Source of the DNA: Candidatus Methanoperedenaceae archaeon
GTDB taxonomy: Archaea > Halobacteriota > Methanosarcinia > Methanosarcinales > Methanoperedenaceae
Direction: 5' to 3'
Length of the DNA stretch: 64,000 nucleotides
Assembly (NCBI GenBank): GCA_963753595.1
Contig: CAVWCX010000003.1
Location: 58,755-122,754 of the forward strand
Part shown: one piece after another, positions 9,677 to 19,760 of the stretch
Numbering within the stretch: position 1 is the stretch's first letter
How the letters are laid out: every line of letters starts with the position of its first letter
Made by a program: the position numbers and the translations under genes
The notes under the pieces: generated by a model
Seen by the model: the letters and a program-made list of their open reading frames with translations, nothing else
Databases searched by the model: none
What the model was told of the DNA's origin: nothing

Positions 9677-11305
9677 CTATTTTAATTCTTTAGCTATCCC
9701 TTGGAGAGCTTCTTCCCGCTCTTTACTGGAAAGCTTTGATAAAACATCGCCGGTTTCACCTATGTCAACGATCTTGCCAAGACGCATTAAAGCAGCCCTG
9801 TCACATATCTCAGCGACAAAATCCATGTCGTGGGATACTATGACAAAAGTCTCTCCCATTTCTTTCCTGGCATTCAGGATAGATTTTGAAACTTCAATTT
9901 TGGTAACGGGGTCCATTGTTCCTGTGGGCTCATCGAAAACAAGTATCCTTGGCTCTTTAATGAGGACCTGCGCCATTGCAACCCTGTGTCTTTCCCCTTC
10001 ACTTAATTCATCCGGCATCTTGGCAAGAATCTCTTTTGCCTTTTTTTCCGTAAAACCCGATGTTACCAATGTATGAACGGCTTTTCTCTCCGCCAGTTCA
10101 AACGGCAGGTCAAGACCGATAGACTCAGTCAGGTTATCGATAATATTCCTGTGCGGATAAAGACTGTATTCCTGGTGCAGTACGCCAATATATTTTGTAG
10201 CGCGTCCTTTTTTATCAGGCCCAAGCTGGGTAAGGTCGATCCACTCATCCCCTATTCTTACGTCAATTGAACCGGAAGTTGGCCTCAATAATCCGGAAAC
10301 TATCTTTGATGTCGTGGTTTTTCCTGCCCCGCTGACCCCGATTATTCCGAATATTTCACCTTCGTTAATATCAAAACTGATATCATTGACAGCCCTTACT
10401 ATACCCCTGTCCAGTGAAAAATAGGTCATCTGAAGGTTACGTCCCCTGATAATTGTTTCTCCGATACTGACTTCTTCCTGTTCGCCAATTGTCCCGACTT
10501 CTTTCATAAATTCAGCGGCAACTTCAGAAGGTTTCCCCATCATTATTATTTTTCCTTCATCAAGCCATATTGCCTTGTGTGAAAGCTCTTCAATTACTTT
10601 TGGCCAGTGGGATGTGATGATGAGTGTCATATTGAAATTCTTTGTTGCATTTACTATGCTTTCATGCACAAGTTCGGCAGTCTTGGGATCAAGAGTACCG
10701 GTCGGTTCATCCGCGAGCAATATTATAGGGCTTTTGACAAGCTGCCTTGCAAGCACTACGCGTTGTTTTTCACCGCCTGAGAGTTCCCTGGCGATATGCA
10801 TCATCCTGTTGGAAAGATTTACCTGCTCAAGGAGATCTGCTGCCTTGTGAATGGCATTTGGCCCCATCTGGTCAATTTCCTGAAGGGCATTCATGACATT
10901 TACTATAACCCTTTCATCCCCGTATAATGCAAATGTTCTCTGGAGCATGATGGCGATCCTTCTGGTTATGTCTCTTCGGAGAGGATCGTGGAGTGGCAAT
11001 GTTACGAAATCTACATCGAGTTTCTCATAATTGGCATTGCATTTGGGACATAAGGTTCCCACCTTACTTGGTTTTTCAATTCCTCCGCATTTTGGGCATT
11101 GGGCGAGATGATAGATCACGTTTCCTGATATATCGCTGAATTCTTCCACACCTCGCAGCACATGCATAAGTATGGACTTTCCCGCGCTGCTTTTTCCTAA
11201 GATACCAAGAATTTCTCCTTCGTTAATATCAATATTTATATCTTTGAGTACATCGACTCCGTCAAAACCAACACGAAGATTTTTAATTTCGATAAATAGC
11301 GTCAT
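9677..11305 (-). CDS. atwA: MCR system component A2 (tandem ABC ATPase with Zn-ribbon insert)
   Basis: Two NBDs (GKSSAGKS/LSGGEKQ and GVSGAGKT/LSEGE), CPKC...CPKC insert, IAIMLQRTFALY. Confidence 0.95.
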   Translation of the reverse strand: MTLFIEIKNLRVGFDGVDVLKDINIDINEGEILGILGKSSAGKSILMHVLRGVEEFSDISGNVIYHLAQCPKCGGIEKPSKVGTLCPKCNANYEKLDVDFVTLPLHDPLRRDITRRIAIMLQRTFALYGDERVIVNVMNALQEIDQMGPNAIHKAADLLEQVNLSNRMMHIARELSGGEKQRVVLARQLVKSPIILLADEPTGTLDPKTAELVHESIVNATKNFNMTLIITSHWPKVIEELSHKAIWLDEGKIIMMGKPSEVAAEFMKEVGTIGEQEEVSIGETIIRGRNLQMTYFSLDRGIVRAVNDISFDINEGEIFGIIGVSGAGKTTTSKIVSGLLRPTSGSIDVRIGDEWIDLTQLGPDKKGRATKYIGVLHQEYSLYPHRNIIDNLTESIGLDLPFELAERKAVHTLVTSGFTEKKAKEILAKMPDELSEGERHRVAMAQVLIKEPRILVFDEPTGTMDPVTKIEVSKSILNARKEMGETFVIVSHDMDFVAEICDRAALMRLGKIVDIGETGDVLSKLSSKEREEALQGIAKELK

Positions 11306-11421
11306 ATGTCGTTCTCCCTGGATTAATTATTCAGATAATTAATCCGCTTCACTATAAGTTTTTTGCTTTTTGAATTATGCATTCTAAATAATGTGGGATT
11401 CTGAATAGCTTATGCTGTACA

Positions 11422-11447
11422 TAAATATAACGATTAAATATAACGAT
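11422..11447. promoter_or_regulatory. Perfect 13-bp tandem duplication TAAATATAACGAT x2 in the atwA/prs divergent promoter region
   Basis: Read directly. The regulatory role is inferred from position only. Confidence 0.4.
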
Positions 11448-11542
11448 AATACATTACAGTATTAATCATATAAAAGTGTTATATTGATCACCATACAAAT
11501 TCTTTATATTCATTCTATCCATAAAGGGCGTGAGGAATTCAA

Positions 11543-12391
11543 TTGAATATTATCGCAGGTCCAGCGTCACAATTGCTTGCAGGAAGAGTCACAGAAGTAT
11601 TAAGATCAGATCTTCTTGTCAGTGAATTCAAGAAATTTCCTGACGGGGAGCTATATACACGAGTTGTAGATGATATCGGGCCGGAAGTCACAATAATCCA
11701 GAGCACAGTTACCGATACTGATTTAATTGCCCTGCTCCAGTTGATCGATGCATGTAGTGATGCATCCAGGGTAAATGTTGTAATTCCATATATGGGATAT
11801 GCGCGCCAGGATAAAAAATTCAAGGCAGGGGAACCCATAAGCGCCCGCGCCCTTGCAAGAACTATAAAGGCCGACAATGTTTATACGATCAACATCCATG
11901 ATACAAGTATTCTTGATTATTTTGACGCAAAAACAAAAGATCTTGATGCCACCCCGATGATAGGGAAATACATAAAAAATATGAAATTCATCAATCCTCT
12001 TGTCATTGCACCTGATGACGGAGCGATCAATATTGCAAAAAGCGCGTCTTTAGACCTTGGTATTGATTATGATTATCTTGAAAAGACAAGGTTAAGCGGT
12101 GATACTGTATCGATCCACCCAAAGAATGTCAATGTAAAAGGAAGGGATGTTATCATTATCGATGATATTATTTCAACTGGCGGGACAATTGCGGAAACGA
12201 TATCATTGCTCAGGAAACAGGGAGCTCATGAAGTCTATGCATCCTGTATACACCCCGTACTTTCAAATAATGCCATCCTTAAATTATTTAAGGCCGGTGT
12301 AAAAGGTATCATAGCCACAGATACCATTGAGAAGGGCGTAAGTGTCGTGAGCGTTGCGCCGGTAATAGCTTCTGCGATAGGTACTAATTAA
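11543..12391 (+). CDS. prs: Ribose-phosphate pyrophosphokinase, TTG start
   Basis: FPDGE, PYMGYARQD, IIDDIISTGGT PRPP motif. Confidence 0.95.
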   Translation: MNIIAGPASQLLAGRVTEVLRSDLLVSEFKKFPDGELYTRVVDDIGPEVTIIQSTVTDTDLIALLQLIDACSDASRVNVVIPYMGYARQDKKFKAGEPISARALARTIKADNVYTINIHDTSILDYFDAKTKDLDATPMIGKYIKNMKFINPLVIAPDDGAINIAKSASLDLGIDYDYLEKTRLSGDTVSIHPKNVNVKGRDVIIIDDIISTGGTIAETISLLRKQGAHEVYASCIHPVLSNNAILKLFKAGVKGIIATDTIEKGVSVVSVAPVIASAIGTN

Positions 12392-12491
12392 AAATACAAA
12401 TATTATTTTTAGACAGGATTGACATCTAAATAAATATTTATCCCGAGCTTCATGTCGAATTTTTATTGTGATATGTAGATTGATTATCCGC

Positions 12492-14108
12492 TTAATCCAG
12501 ATCACTCATATCAGGTTTTTTCTTTGGGTTCGCGTCTTTTGCAGATGCTATCACATCGTCGATGCGCAATATCATAGAAGCTGCTTCTGTTGCCGAACTT
12601 ATCGCCTGGGTCTTAACGCGAAGTGGTTCGATTACACCGATTTTAAGCATATCTACGGGTTTGCCTTCATAGACATCAAGCCCTACTGTTTTATTACCAT
12701 GCTCATGCGAGCTTCGAAGCTCAACAAGCATATCAATAGCATCAAGCCCCGCATTTTCCGCAAGTGTCTTGGGTATTATCTCAAGCGCCTGGGCAAATTT
12801 ACTCACCGCAAGCTGTTCCCTGCCTTCAAGTGTTGAAGCATATTCCCTGAGGCGAAGTGCAAGTTCAATTTCAGGGGAGCCGCCGCCAGCCAGTATTTTC
12901 TCATCTTCAATGGCTACACCTACGACCCTCAGGGCGTCATGCATAGCTCTTGCAAGGCTTGTCACAACATGTTCCGAGCCGCCCCGTAATAATATTGAAT
13001 TTGTATCAGGGTTCTTGCAGCCAGTGATGAATATCATTTCGCCGTTGCCTACCATTTTCTCTTCAACAAGTGCTGCATTCCCGAGAGTATCGGGTTTTAT
13101 CTCATCAAGGCTTGTGATGATTTTTCCGCCGGTTGCCCTTGATAATTTTATAAGGTCGTTCTTCTTGATCCTGTGGGATACAAAAATACCTGCTTTTGCA
13201 AGGAAATACCTGGCCATGTCATCAACGCCTTTCTGGCAGAACACGACGTTAGCGCCGCTTTTTATGACCTTGTCAGCAGCCGCGCGCACAAGATTTTCTT
13301 CCTGTTCAAGGAACATCCGGGTCTGTCCTATCGATTCAATGGATATCTCGGATTTTGTATCCGTCTTCCTGACTTCAATGGGAGTCGCAAGAATTGCTAT
13401 CTTTGCATTCTCTATTTTTGAAGGCATGCTCTGGTGGGTCTTTGTTTTATCAAGGATAATACCTTCGACCAGTTCGCTGTCCTCAATGCTTCCCTCGCCG
13501 CGGCGCTCAATAGATATATCCTTTATGTTCACGGTCCTCTTGCCGTTTTCTTTTTTAACTATTGATTTTACAGCCGTTACAACAAGATTAGCTAATTTTT
13601 CTCTTGAAAATTCAACGCCTTTTCCAGTAAGCGCAGTCTCCGCAATTTTTCGAAGGTGCTCATCAGTGGAATGGACAGCTATGTCAGACAGGAGCTCTTT
13701 TGATTTGTGTGCTGCAAGATTATAACCATGGATAATAGTTGTTGGATGAACCCCAAGTTCCATGAGCTCCTGGGCACCTTTTAAGAATTCACCAGTCAAA
13801 ACCGCCGCTGTTGTAGTACCATCGCCGACTTCATCATCCTGGGTTTTTGCAACTTCAGCGACAAGTTTTGCAGCCGGATGTTTTATTTTCATTTCATCAA
13901 GGATAGTGGCACCATCGTTTGTGATAATTACAAGTCCTGCCGGGTCTGTGATCATCTTATCCAATCCTCTTGGACCAAGGGTTGTGCGCACGGCATCAGC
14001 TACAGCGCGCGCTGCCATGATATTGGATCTTTTTGCTTCGTCTCCTCTTGTTTCTTGCGTTCCCTGTCTTAAAATAATGATTGGCTGTCCGCCAGTTTGG
14101 CCTTGCAT
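12492..14108 (-). CDS. ths: Thermosome subunit (group II chaperonin)
   Basis: [33 protein letters not shown]. Confidence 0.96.
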   Translation of the reverse strand: MQGQTGGQPIIILRQGTQETRGDEAKRSNIMAARAVADAVRTTLGPRGLDKMITDPAGLVIITNDGATILDEMKIKHPAAKLVAEVAKTQDDEVGDGTTTAAVLTGEFLKGAQELMELGVHPTTIIHGYNLAAHKSKELLSDIAVHSTDEHLRKIAETALTGKGVEFSREKLANLVVTAVKSIVKKENGKRTVNIKDISIERRGEGSIEDSELVEGIILDKTKTHQSMPSKIENAKIAILATPIEVRKTDTKSEISIESIGQTRMFLEQEENLVRAAADKVIKSGANVVFCQKGVDDMARYFLAKAGIFVSHRIKKNDLIKLSRATGGKIITSLDEIKPDTLGNAALVEEKMVGNGEMIFITGCKNPDTNSILLRGGSEHVVTSLARAMHDALRVVGVAIEDEKILAGGGSPEIELALRLREYASTLEGREQLAVSKFAQALEIIPKTLAENAGLDAIDMLVELRSSHEHGNKTVGLDVYEGKPVDMLKIGVIEPLRVKTQAISSATEAASMILRIDDVIASAKDANPKKKPDMSDLD

Positions 14109-14379
14109 AGATATTCTCCTGTATCAGATAATTAAATGAAATGCGTCCATGGTTCCAATAATGGATTTTACCTTGACGTTCCGTTGTTTCATGTTTATAG
14201 TTCTATAAAAAGATTTCGCATGCATTTTGCAGAAATCCCAAAAAAACTGAGTATTATAGATTTATTTCAGCTATAAAATTCATTGGAAAATCTGGATAAA
14301 TTTGGATGATAATCCAGATTCCCAGACAATCTATTAAATACAAAGAAAAAGTATTATTATCACCTCCGGTGAAATCCTT

Positions 14380-15006
14380 ATGAAAACAATCGATGAATTA
14401 ATTCAAAAAGCTGTAGAACTCCAGGCTGGCGGACTCTTAACAGGCCAGATCGCTGATGAATTGAATGTTTCCCGTGAAACAGCAACATGGCTTCTTGTCC
14501 ATTCCAAAAAGGGTGATGCTACCGCAGCGCCAAAGGATATTTACATTGACTGGAGCAACATTGGAAGAAGTTCGAACAGGCAAAGACTGATCGCAGGCTC
14601 ATTGACTGATATGATAATTGAATGCCTTAGCAAGACAGAATCTGATATTGACGTTATCGTAGGGGTTGCGCTTTCAGGAATACCCCTTGCTAACCTTATA
14701 GCAGATGAATTAGGGGTGGAATTTGCCACATATCACCCAAATAAGCAGAAATGGGAGCCAGAATCAAAGGATATTGGCGGAACTATAAGCCAGAACTTTG
14801 CAAAAGTCGCCGGAAAGAATTGTGTCCTTATAGATGATGTCGTAACATCAGGAACGACTCTTACAGAAGCCGTAGCGGTTCTTGAGAACCTTGGCGCGAA
14901 ACCGGTAGCAATAGCTGTGCTTATAGATAAGAAAGGAATTGATGAGATTTCAGGTGTTCCTCTTAATGCATTGCTGCGAGTTACAAGAGTGGATAAAACT
15001 GAATGA
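14380..15006 (+). CDS. PyrE-like protein with N-terminal HTH (GfcR-type)
   Basis: GQIADELNVSRETATWL HTH plus LIDDVVTSG PRT motif. Confidence 0.85.
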   Translation: MKTIDELIQKAVELQAGGLLTGQIADELNVSRETATWLLVHSKKGDATAAPKDIYIDWSNIGRSSNRQRLIAGSLTDMIIECLSKTESDIDVIVGVALSGIPLANLIADELGVEFATYHPNKQKWEPESKDIGGTISQNFAKVAGKNCVLIDDVVTSGTTLTEAVAVLENLGAKPVAIAVLIDKKGIDEISGVPLNALLRVTRVDKTE

Positions 15007-15033
15007 ACAGGATAAGGATGAAATAATTCTATA

Positions 15034-15549
15034 ATGCCAAATTGGGCGATACACTTAATTGTTCCTCTTCTTGCCCTTGTAATATTGGGCCGGAAAGAGG
15101 AATATAAATATATACTTTTGCTGTTACCACTTGCAGTTTTGCCTGATATTGACACTTTTGCGGCACAACACAGGGCGCTTTTACATAATATTTTTATTCC
15201 TGCAATACTCTTTTTTATTGGTTTATCAATTAAGAAAATGAGGACGGCATTTTTAATAGCCGGTGTGTATTTTGCATCCCATGTCTTTCTTGATATGTTC
15301 GGGGGCGGAGTAGTACTTTTTTATCCGGTATACAATGAAATGGCATTTATTGATGCAAGCCTTGAAATGAGTAAGACAGATCAATTATTATGGACATTAG
15401 ATTATGGTTTCAGGAGTTACAGCGAAAACTGGAAGACCGGTTATGGATATATATCAGACAGCATAGGGACTGGTTCCCTGGTTTTTATTTTGGCAGCAGG
15501 TATCCGGGCAGCTTACAGGAAGAGAATATTTGAAAGTGAGGATAAATGA
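15034..15549 (+). CDS. Membrane-bound metal-dependent hydrolase (YdjM-like)
   Basis: H...LPDID...HRALLH...SHVFLD motif with hydrophobic segments. Confidence 0.75.
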   Translation: MPNWAIHLIVPLLALVILGRKEEYKYILLLLPLAVLPDIDTFAAQHRALLHNIFIPAILFFIGLSIKKMRTAFLIAGVYFASHVFLDMFGGGVVLFYPVYNEMAFIDASLEMSKTDQLLWTLDYGFRSYSENWKTGYGYISDSIGTGSLVFILAAGIRAAYRKRIFESEDK

Positions 15550-17003
15550 AGAAAAGGACAAAAAGCCTCATGGTGGTCGGTACAGGATCGCATGTGGGAA
15601 AAAGCATCATTGTAACGGCCCTGTGCAGGATATTCTCAAAAAGATATTCTGTTGCCCCATTTAAGGCGCAGAATATGAGCCTTAATTCCTGGGTAACGCG
15701 AGATGGCAACGAAATCGGGATAGCACAGGCAATACAGGCAAAAGCGGCAGGGGTTGAACCAACAGCAGACATGAATCCGGTATTATTGAAGCCTAAAGGT
15801 GATCACAGGTCACAGGTGGTAATCCTTGGAAAGCCTGTAGCTGACAGGGAAGCAGGGGATTATTATGATTCAATAGATGATGTTATGTCAACTGTTTCCG
15901 GAGCTTACGAGCGGCTAAGTGATCGTTACGAATTGATAATAATTGAAGGAGCAGGCGGAGCAGCCGAAATAAACCTGTATCATCGGGATATCGTGAACAC
16001 GGGTATGGCCAGGTTAGTCAGGCCTCCGATAATACTGGTGGGGGATATCGAGCGGGGCGGGGTTTTTGCAAGTATTTACGGGACCCTGCAATTACTGCCT
16101 GCTGATATCAAACCTCTTGTTGCCGGTCTTATAATAAACAAATTCAGGGGAGATCTATTGCTGCTTACGCCTGGAATAAAACAGCTTGAAGAGATCACCG
16201 GACTTCCTGTGCTGGGTGTAATTCCCTATACCAATATGAGGGTGCCATCAGAGGATTCAGTATCTATTAAAGATAAAACCAGTAATGGCAATCCGGTCAA
16301 GATCGCAGTGATACGATTACCCCACATATCAAATTTTACTGATTTTGAGCCTCTTGAACATTGCGCAGATATTGAATATGTTGAACCGGGTGAAGAACTC
16401 CCTGGTTCAGATGCGATCATACTGCCTGGAACAAAAAACACAATGGATGACATGTCAGTCCTGTTATCCAGTGGAATGGGACAAAAGATCATCGACGAAG
16501 CAAAAAAAGGGATCCCGGTGATCGGAATATGCGGGGGTTACCAGATGCTCGGTAACGAAATAATCGACAGCGGTATAGAAGGAACAAATGGTGCATGTTC
16601 AATAAAGGGACTTGGGCTTCTTAATGTTTCTACGCTATTTGAGAAATACGAAAAACAAACACGCCAGGTTGAAAAACCCGTTACTGGGAACGGACTGATA
16701 CTTGGGGCAATAAAAGGACAAAAGGTTTCAGGATATGAGATCCATATGGGCGAAACAAAAGGAGAAGCGCACGCATTCGGGGATGACGGAAGTGTCAGTG
16801 AAAACGGGATCATCATAGGAACATATCTTCACGGGCTATTTGAGAACCATAATTTCAGGAATTCTTTCCTTAGCTATTTATATAATCAAAAAGGATTGAT
16901 ATATGAAGATAAAATCCAGGGCGATGGTATTGAGGAACTTGCAGGATTCATTACATCCCATGTGGATATGGATTCGATTTACCGAATGCTAGAGGAACAA
17001 TGA
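15546..17003 (+). CDS. cobQ: Cobyric acid synthase
   Basis: GTGSHVGKS, PFKAQNMSLNS, GICGGYQMLG, GTYLHG. Confidence 0.96.
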   Translation: MKKRTKSLMVVGTGSHVGKSIIVTALCRIFSKRYSVAPFKAQNMSLNSWVTRDGNEIGIAQAIQAKAAGVEPTADMNPVLLKPKGDHRSQVVILGKPVADREAGDYYDSIDDVMSTVSGAYERLSDRYELIIIEGAGGAAEINLYHRDIVNTGMARLVRPPIILVGDIERGGVFASIYGTLQLLPADIKPLVAGLIINKFRGDLLLLTPGIKQLEEITGLPVLGVIPYTNMRVPSEDSVSIKDKTSNGNPVKIAVIRLPHISNFTDFEPLEHCADIEYVEPGEELPGSDAIILPGTKNTMDDMSVLLSSGMGQKIIDEAKKGIPVIGICGGYQMLGNEIIDSGIEGTNGACSIKGLGLLNVSTLFEKYEKQTRQVEKPVTGNGLILGAIKGQKVSGYEIHMGETKGEAHAFGDDGSVSENGIIIGTYLHGLFENHNFRNSFLSYLYNQKGLIYEDKIQGDGIEELAGFITSHVDMDSIYRMLEEQ

Positions 17004-17938
17004 AACAGCTTTCAAACACGGCACAACGGATAAAGAACATGGATATAAGGGGCGCGGGAAGGATCGCACGAGCAGCGGCAGCCGAACTTCGCGATTACAG
17101 CGAACGCTTGGAAAAGAGCAAGCTGGAAGAATTTAATACAAAGATGAGTGAGGCTGCCCAACTTCTTATCAGCACGCGCCCCACAGCAGTATCACTTCCA
17201 AATGCGGTTCGTGCTGTGATGAGATATAAGGGTGATAGTGTCGATGATGCGAAAGCAAATATCAAGGAACTTGCAGATGGATTTATCCTTAATTCAGAAA
17301 ACGCCCTGCTCAAAATTGGCCAGATCGGCGCACATAGAATACGTGATGGGGACACCATAATGACGCACTGCAACTCCAATGCCGCGATTTCAATAATGAC
17401 TGCCGCGCATAAAGAGGGGAAAAATATCACTGTTATAGCTACGGAATCCCGCCCGAGATGGCAGGGACATCTGACCATCAGGCAGCTTGATGAAAACGGG
17501 ATAAAAACATCATTAATAGTAGACTCTGCGGTTCGATATTTCATGAAGGAAGTTGACCTTGTGGTGATGGGCGCCGATGCGGTTACAGCTAATGGTTCAG
17601 TTATAAATAAAATAGGCACATCCCAGCTAGCCCTTGCTGCGCATGAAGCAAGGAAAAATGTAATAATTGCAGCCGAGACCTATAAATTCAGCCCGAGATC
17701 ACTATTAGGTGAGCTTATTGAAATAGAAGAACGAAATAGCTCGGAAGTAATAGCAGATGAAAAATTACGGGAATTCCCAAATGTATCTGTAAAAAATCCC
17801 GCTTTTGATGTAACGCCGCGTGAATATATCGATCTTATATGTACGGAGGTCGGGGCGATCCCTCCTGAAATGGCATATATTATAATAAAAGAATACCTGG
17901 GATGGAAATTAGGGGATATGGATGAGGGGGTAAAATAA
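17000..17938 (+). CDS. Ribose-1,5-bisphosphate isomerase (eIF2B family)
   Basis: IRGAG, TRPTAVSL, THCNS, ESRP, NKIGT, NPAFDVTP. Confidence 0.9.
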   Translation: MKQLSNTAQRIKNMDIRGAGRIARAAAAELRDYSERLEKSKLEEFNTKMSEAAQLLISTRPTAVSLPNAVRAVMRYKGDSVDDAKANIKELADGFILNSENALLKIGQIGAHRIRDGDTIMTHCNSNAAISIMTAAHKEGKNITVIATESRPRWQGHLTIRQLDENGIKTSLIVDSAVRYFMKEVDLVVMGADAVTANGSVINKIGTSQLALAAHEARKNVIIAAETYKFSPRSLLGELIEIEERNSSEVIADEKLREFPNVSVKNPAFDVTPREYIDLICTEVGAIPPEMAYIIIKEYLGWKLGDMDEGVK

Positions 17939-18014
17939 TTGTATGATAATATGATGTTTTGTAATCAAAAGAATTAAATATCATTATTATAATCATATAT
18001 ATCATGGAGACGTC

Positions 18015-19115
18015 ATGAGTACAGAGAAAATCGCGCTTTTCATTATAATGGTCTTTATTTTTATTATTGCGATTTATCTATTTGTAATGCTCAGGAAATC
18101 ACATGAAAAAAAGCAACATCCGGAACTAAAAACAATTGAATTCAAGGATATGGTTGATATAACCCCGGAATTCAAGTTTGAAACCTCAGGATTGAATAAT
18201 GTAGATATTCACCAGATAAAAGACCTGATGAAACCCGTAAAGGATAATGCTGCTGCAGAAACGGACACGGAAACCATCAGTATAGAAGAGAAAATCCGGA
18301 GGCAAAAAAGAGATATAAAAACCATTCCAGACCCGGATAATAAAATACATGAGATAAAATATGATGTCCGGGATGGGAAAAACGATGAAATTCCGAAAAC
18401 AGAACCAAATATCATAGAATCTCATGCAAAAGAAGACATTTCTGTACAGGTAGCAATGATGGGAGATGTTTCGGGGCTTAAGCTTGAGGACATTGTGATA
18501 GGGAGCGAAGAAGAAAAAAAGAAACACAGAAAAACTGCTGCGAAGAAAGCAGATCAAAAGATCAAGAAATCGATAGTTTCACCGGCTAAACCATTGATCC
18601 AGGAAAAAGCAATAAAAAAAATCGAACCAAAAAAGAAGTCCTTAAAAGAAGAAGAAAAAGTTATTAAGAAGGAAGCTCCCGGGGAAGATGAAAAGCCAGA
18701 GAAAAAAAGGTTACGAAAGAAAAAAACGGTAATACAGGAACCTGCAAAACAAGAACCGGTAATACAGGAACCGATAATACAGGAACCGGTAATACAAGAA
18801 CCGGTAATACAAGAACCGGTAATACAAGAACCGGTAATACAAGAACCGGTAATACAAGAACCGGTAATACAAGAACCGGTAATACAGGAACCGGTAATAC
18901 AGGAACCGGTAATACAGGAACCGGTAATACAGGAACCGGTAATACAGGAACCGGTAATACAGGAACCGGTAATACAGGAACCGGTAATACAGGAACCGGT
19001 AATACAGGAACCGGTAAAACAAGAACCGGTGAAACATAAACCGAAAAAACATAAACAGGTAAAACAGGAACCGGTAGTAGTTGAGCCAGGGAAAGTTTCC
19101 CGGGAAAGCCCGTGA
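18015..19115 (+). CDS. Single-pass membrane protein with Lys-rich region and (VIQEP)n tract
   Basis: N-terminal TM, GGAG SD, co-oriented with neighbours, low-complexity C-terminus. Confidence 0.75.
   Translation: MSTEKIALFIIMVFIFIIAIYLFVMLRKSHEKKQHPELKTIEFKDMVDITPEFKFETSGLNNVDIHQIKDLMKPVKDNAAAETDTETISIEEKIRRQKRDIKTIPDPDNKIHEIKYDVRDGKNDEIPKTEPNIIESHAKEDISVQVAMMGDVSGLKLEDIVIGSEEEKKKHRKTAAKKADQKIKKSIVSPAKPLIQEKAIKKIEPKKKSLKEEEKVIKKEAPGEDEKPEKKRLRKKKTVIQEPAKQEPVIQEPIIQEPVIQEPVIQEPVIQEPVIQEPVIQEPVIQEPVIQEPVIQEPVIQEPVIQEPVIQEPVIQEPVIQEPVIQEPVIQEPVKQEPVKHKPKKHKQVKQEPVVVEPGKVSRESP
18729..19028 (+). repeat. 15-bp coding tandem repeat, 20 units (GTAATACARGAACCG)
   Basis: Counted: 6 identical CAA units (18789-18878), then 9 identical CAG units (18879-19013), with more variable flanking units. 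Confidence 0.97.
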
Positions 19116-19119
19116 AATA

Positions 19120-19692
19120 ATGAAATCACTCCACATTATTATTTTAATATCTGTTTTATTAGCGCTCAGTTCAGGAAGTATTGGTTCTGCCGATGAAAAA
19201 GCCGGTATTAATGGTTATGTGGAAAAAATCATAAAATTATACAATGATGCTTATATGGAAATCATCAGGGTTTATAACGATTTCATGGATAGAAACATCA
19301 AACCACCGAACTATGAGATCAATATTAGCGAGGCCAGGATACTGAAAGACTGTTTTGATATTTCCCTTGATGCTAAATCGCCTTGCGTACTTGTTAATCT
19401 TGATATTAAAAATGATCATAATGACAGCGTGACTTTTGAAATTACAGGACGAACTATTGTTACAAAAGATGGCAAACAACTTGATAAATACGGTGGATTA
19501 TATAATACTAAACAATTGAATAGTCAATGCGATACTGAAAATTTCTTCAAGCTTTTCCCAAATGCGAATAAAAAAGTAGGGGTATGTTTTCCAGTTGTAA
19601 GTAAAAATGATGGTCCGGTAATGTACATAGGGGTAAAGGCAAATGGGAAAGAAAAGGAGCATAATTTTGACCTCACCCAATACTTTTCCTGA
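19120..19692 (+). CDS. Secreted hypothetical protein (possibly Ig-like/DUF4352-like)
   Basis: MKSLHIIILISVLLALSS signal-like N-terminus, beta-rich body, 4 Cys. Confidence 0.65.
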   Translation: MKSLHIIILISVLLALSSGSIGSADEKAGINGYVEKIIKLYNDAYMEIIRVYNDFMDRNIKPPNYEINISEARILKDCFDISLDAKSPCVLVNLDIKNDHNDSVTFEITGRTIVTKDGKQLDKYGGLYNTKQLNSQCDTENFFKLFPNANKKVGVCFPVVSKNDGPVMYIGVKANGKEKEHNFDLTQYFS

Positions 19693-19760
19693 TATTTGTA
19701 AAAAATTTTAGATTTTAAGACCTCAACCTAATATACCCCTCATTCCAATATCAGGCTATA

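Noticed and set aside
12412-12425. ACAGGAT-type periodic repeat remnants (also about 15006 and 50744)
   Set aside because: Single short subrepeats without a partner arm, too weak to include in the hairpin family.
12769-14139. Long plus-strand ORFs (318 and 125 aa)
   Set aside because: Antisense to the thermosome gene with no protein-like motifs. The same applies to most short overlapping ORFs in the track.
18554-19136. (ITGSC)n and (YYRFL)n ORFs, or a CRISPR array
   Set aside because: These are other frames of the 15-bp tandem repeat. The units are contiguous with no spacers, so it is not CRISPR.
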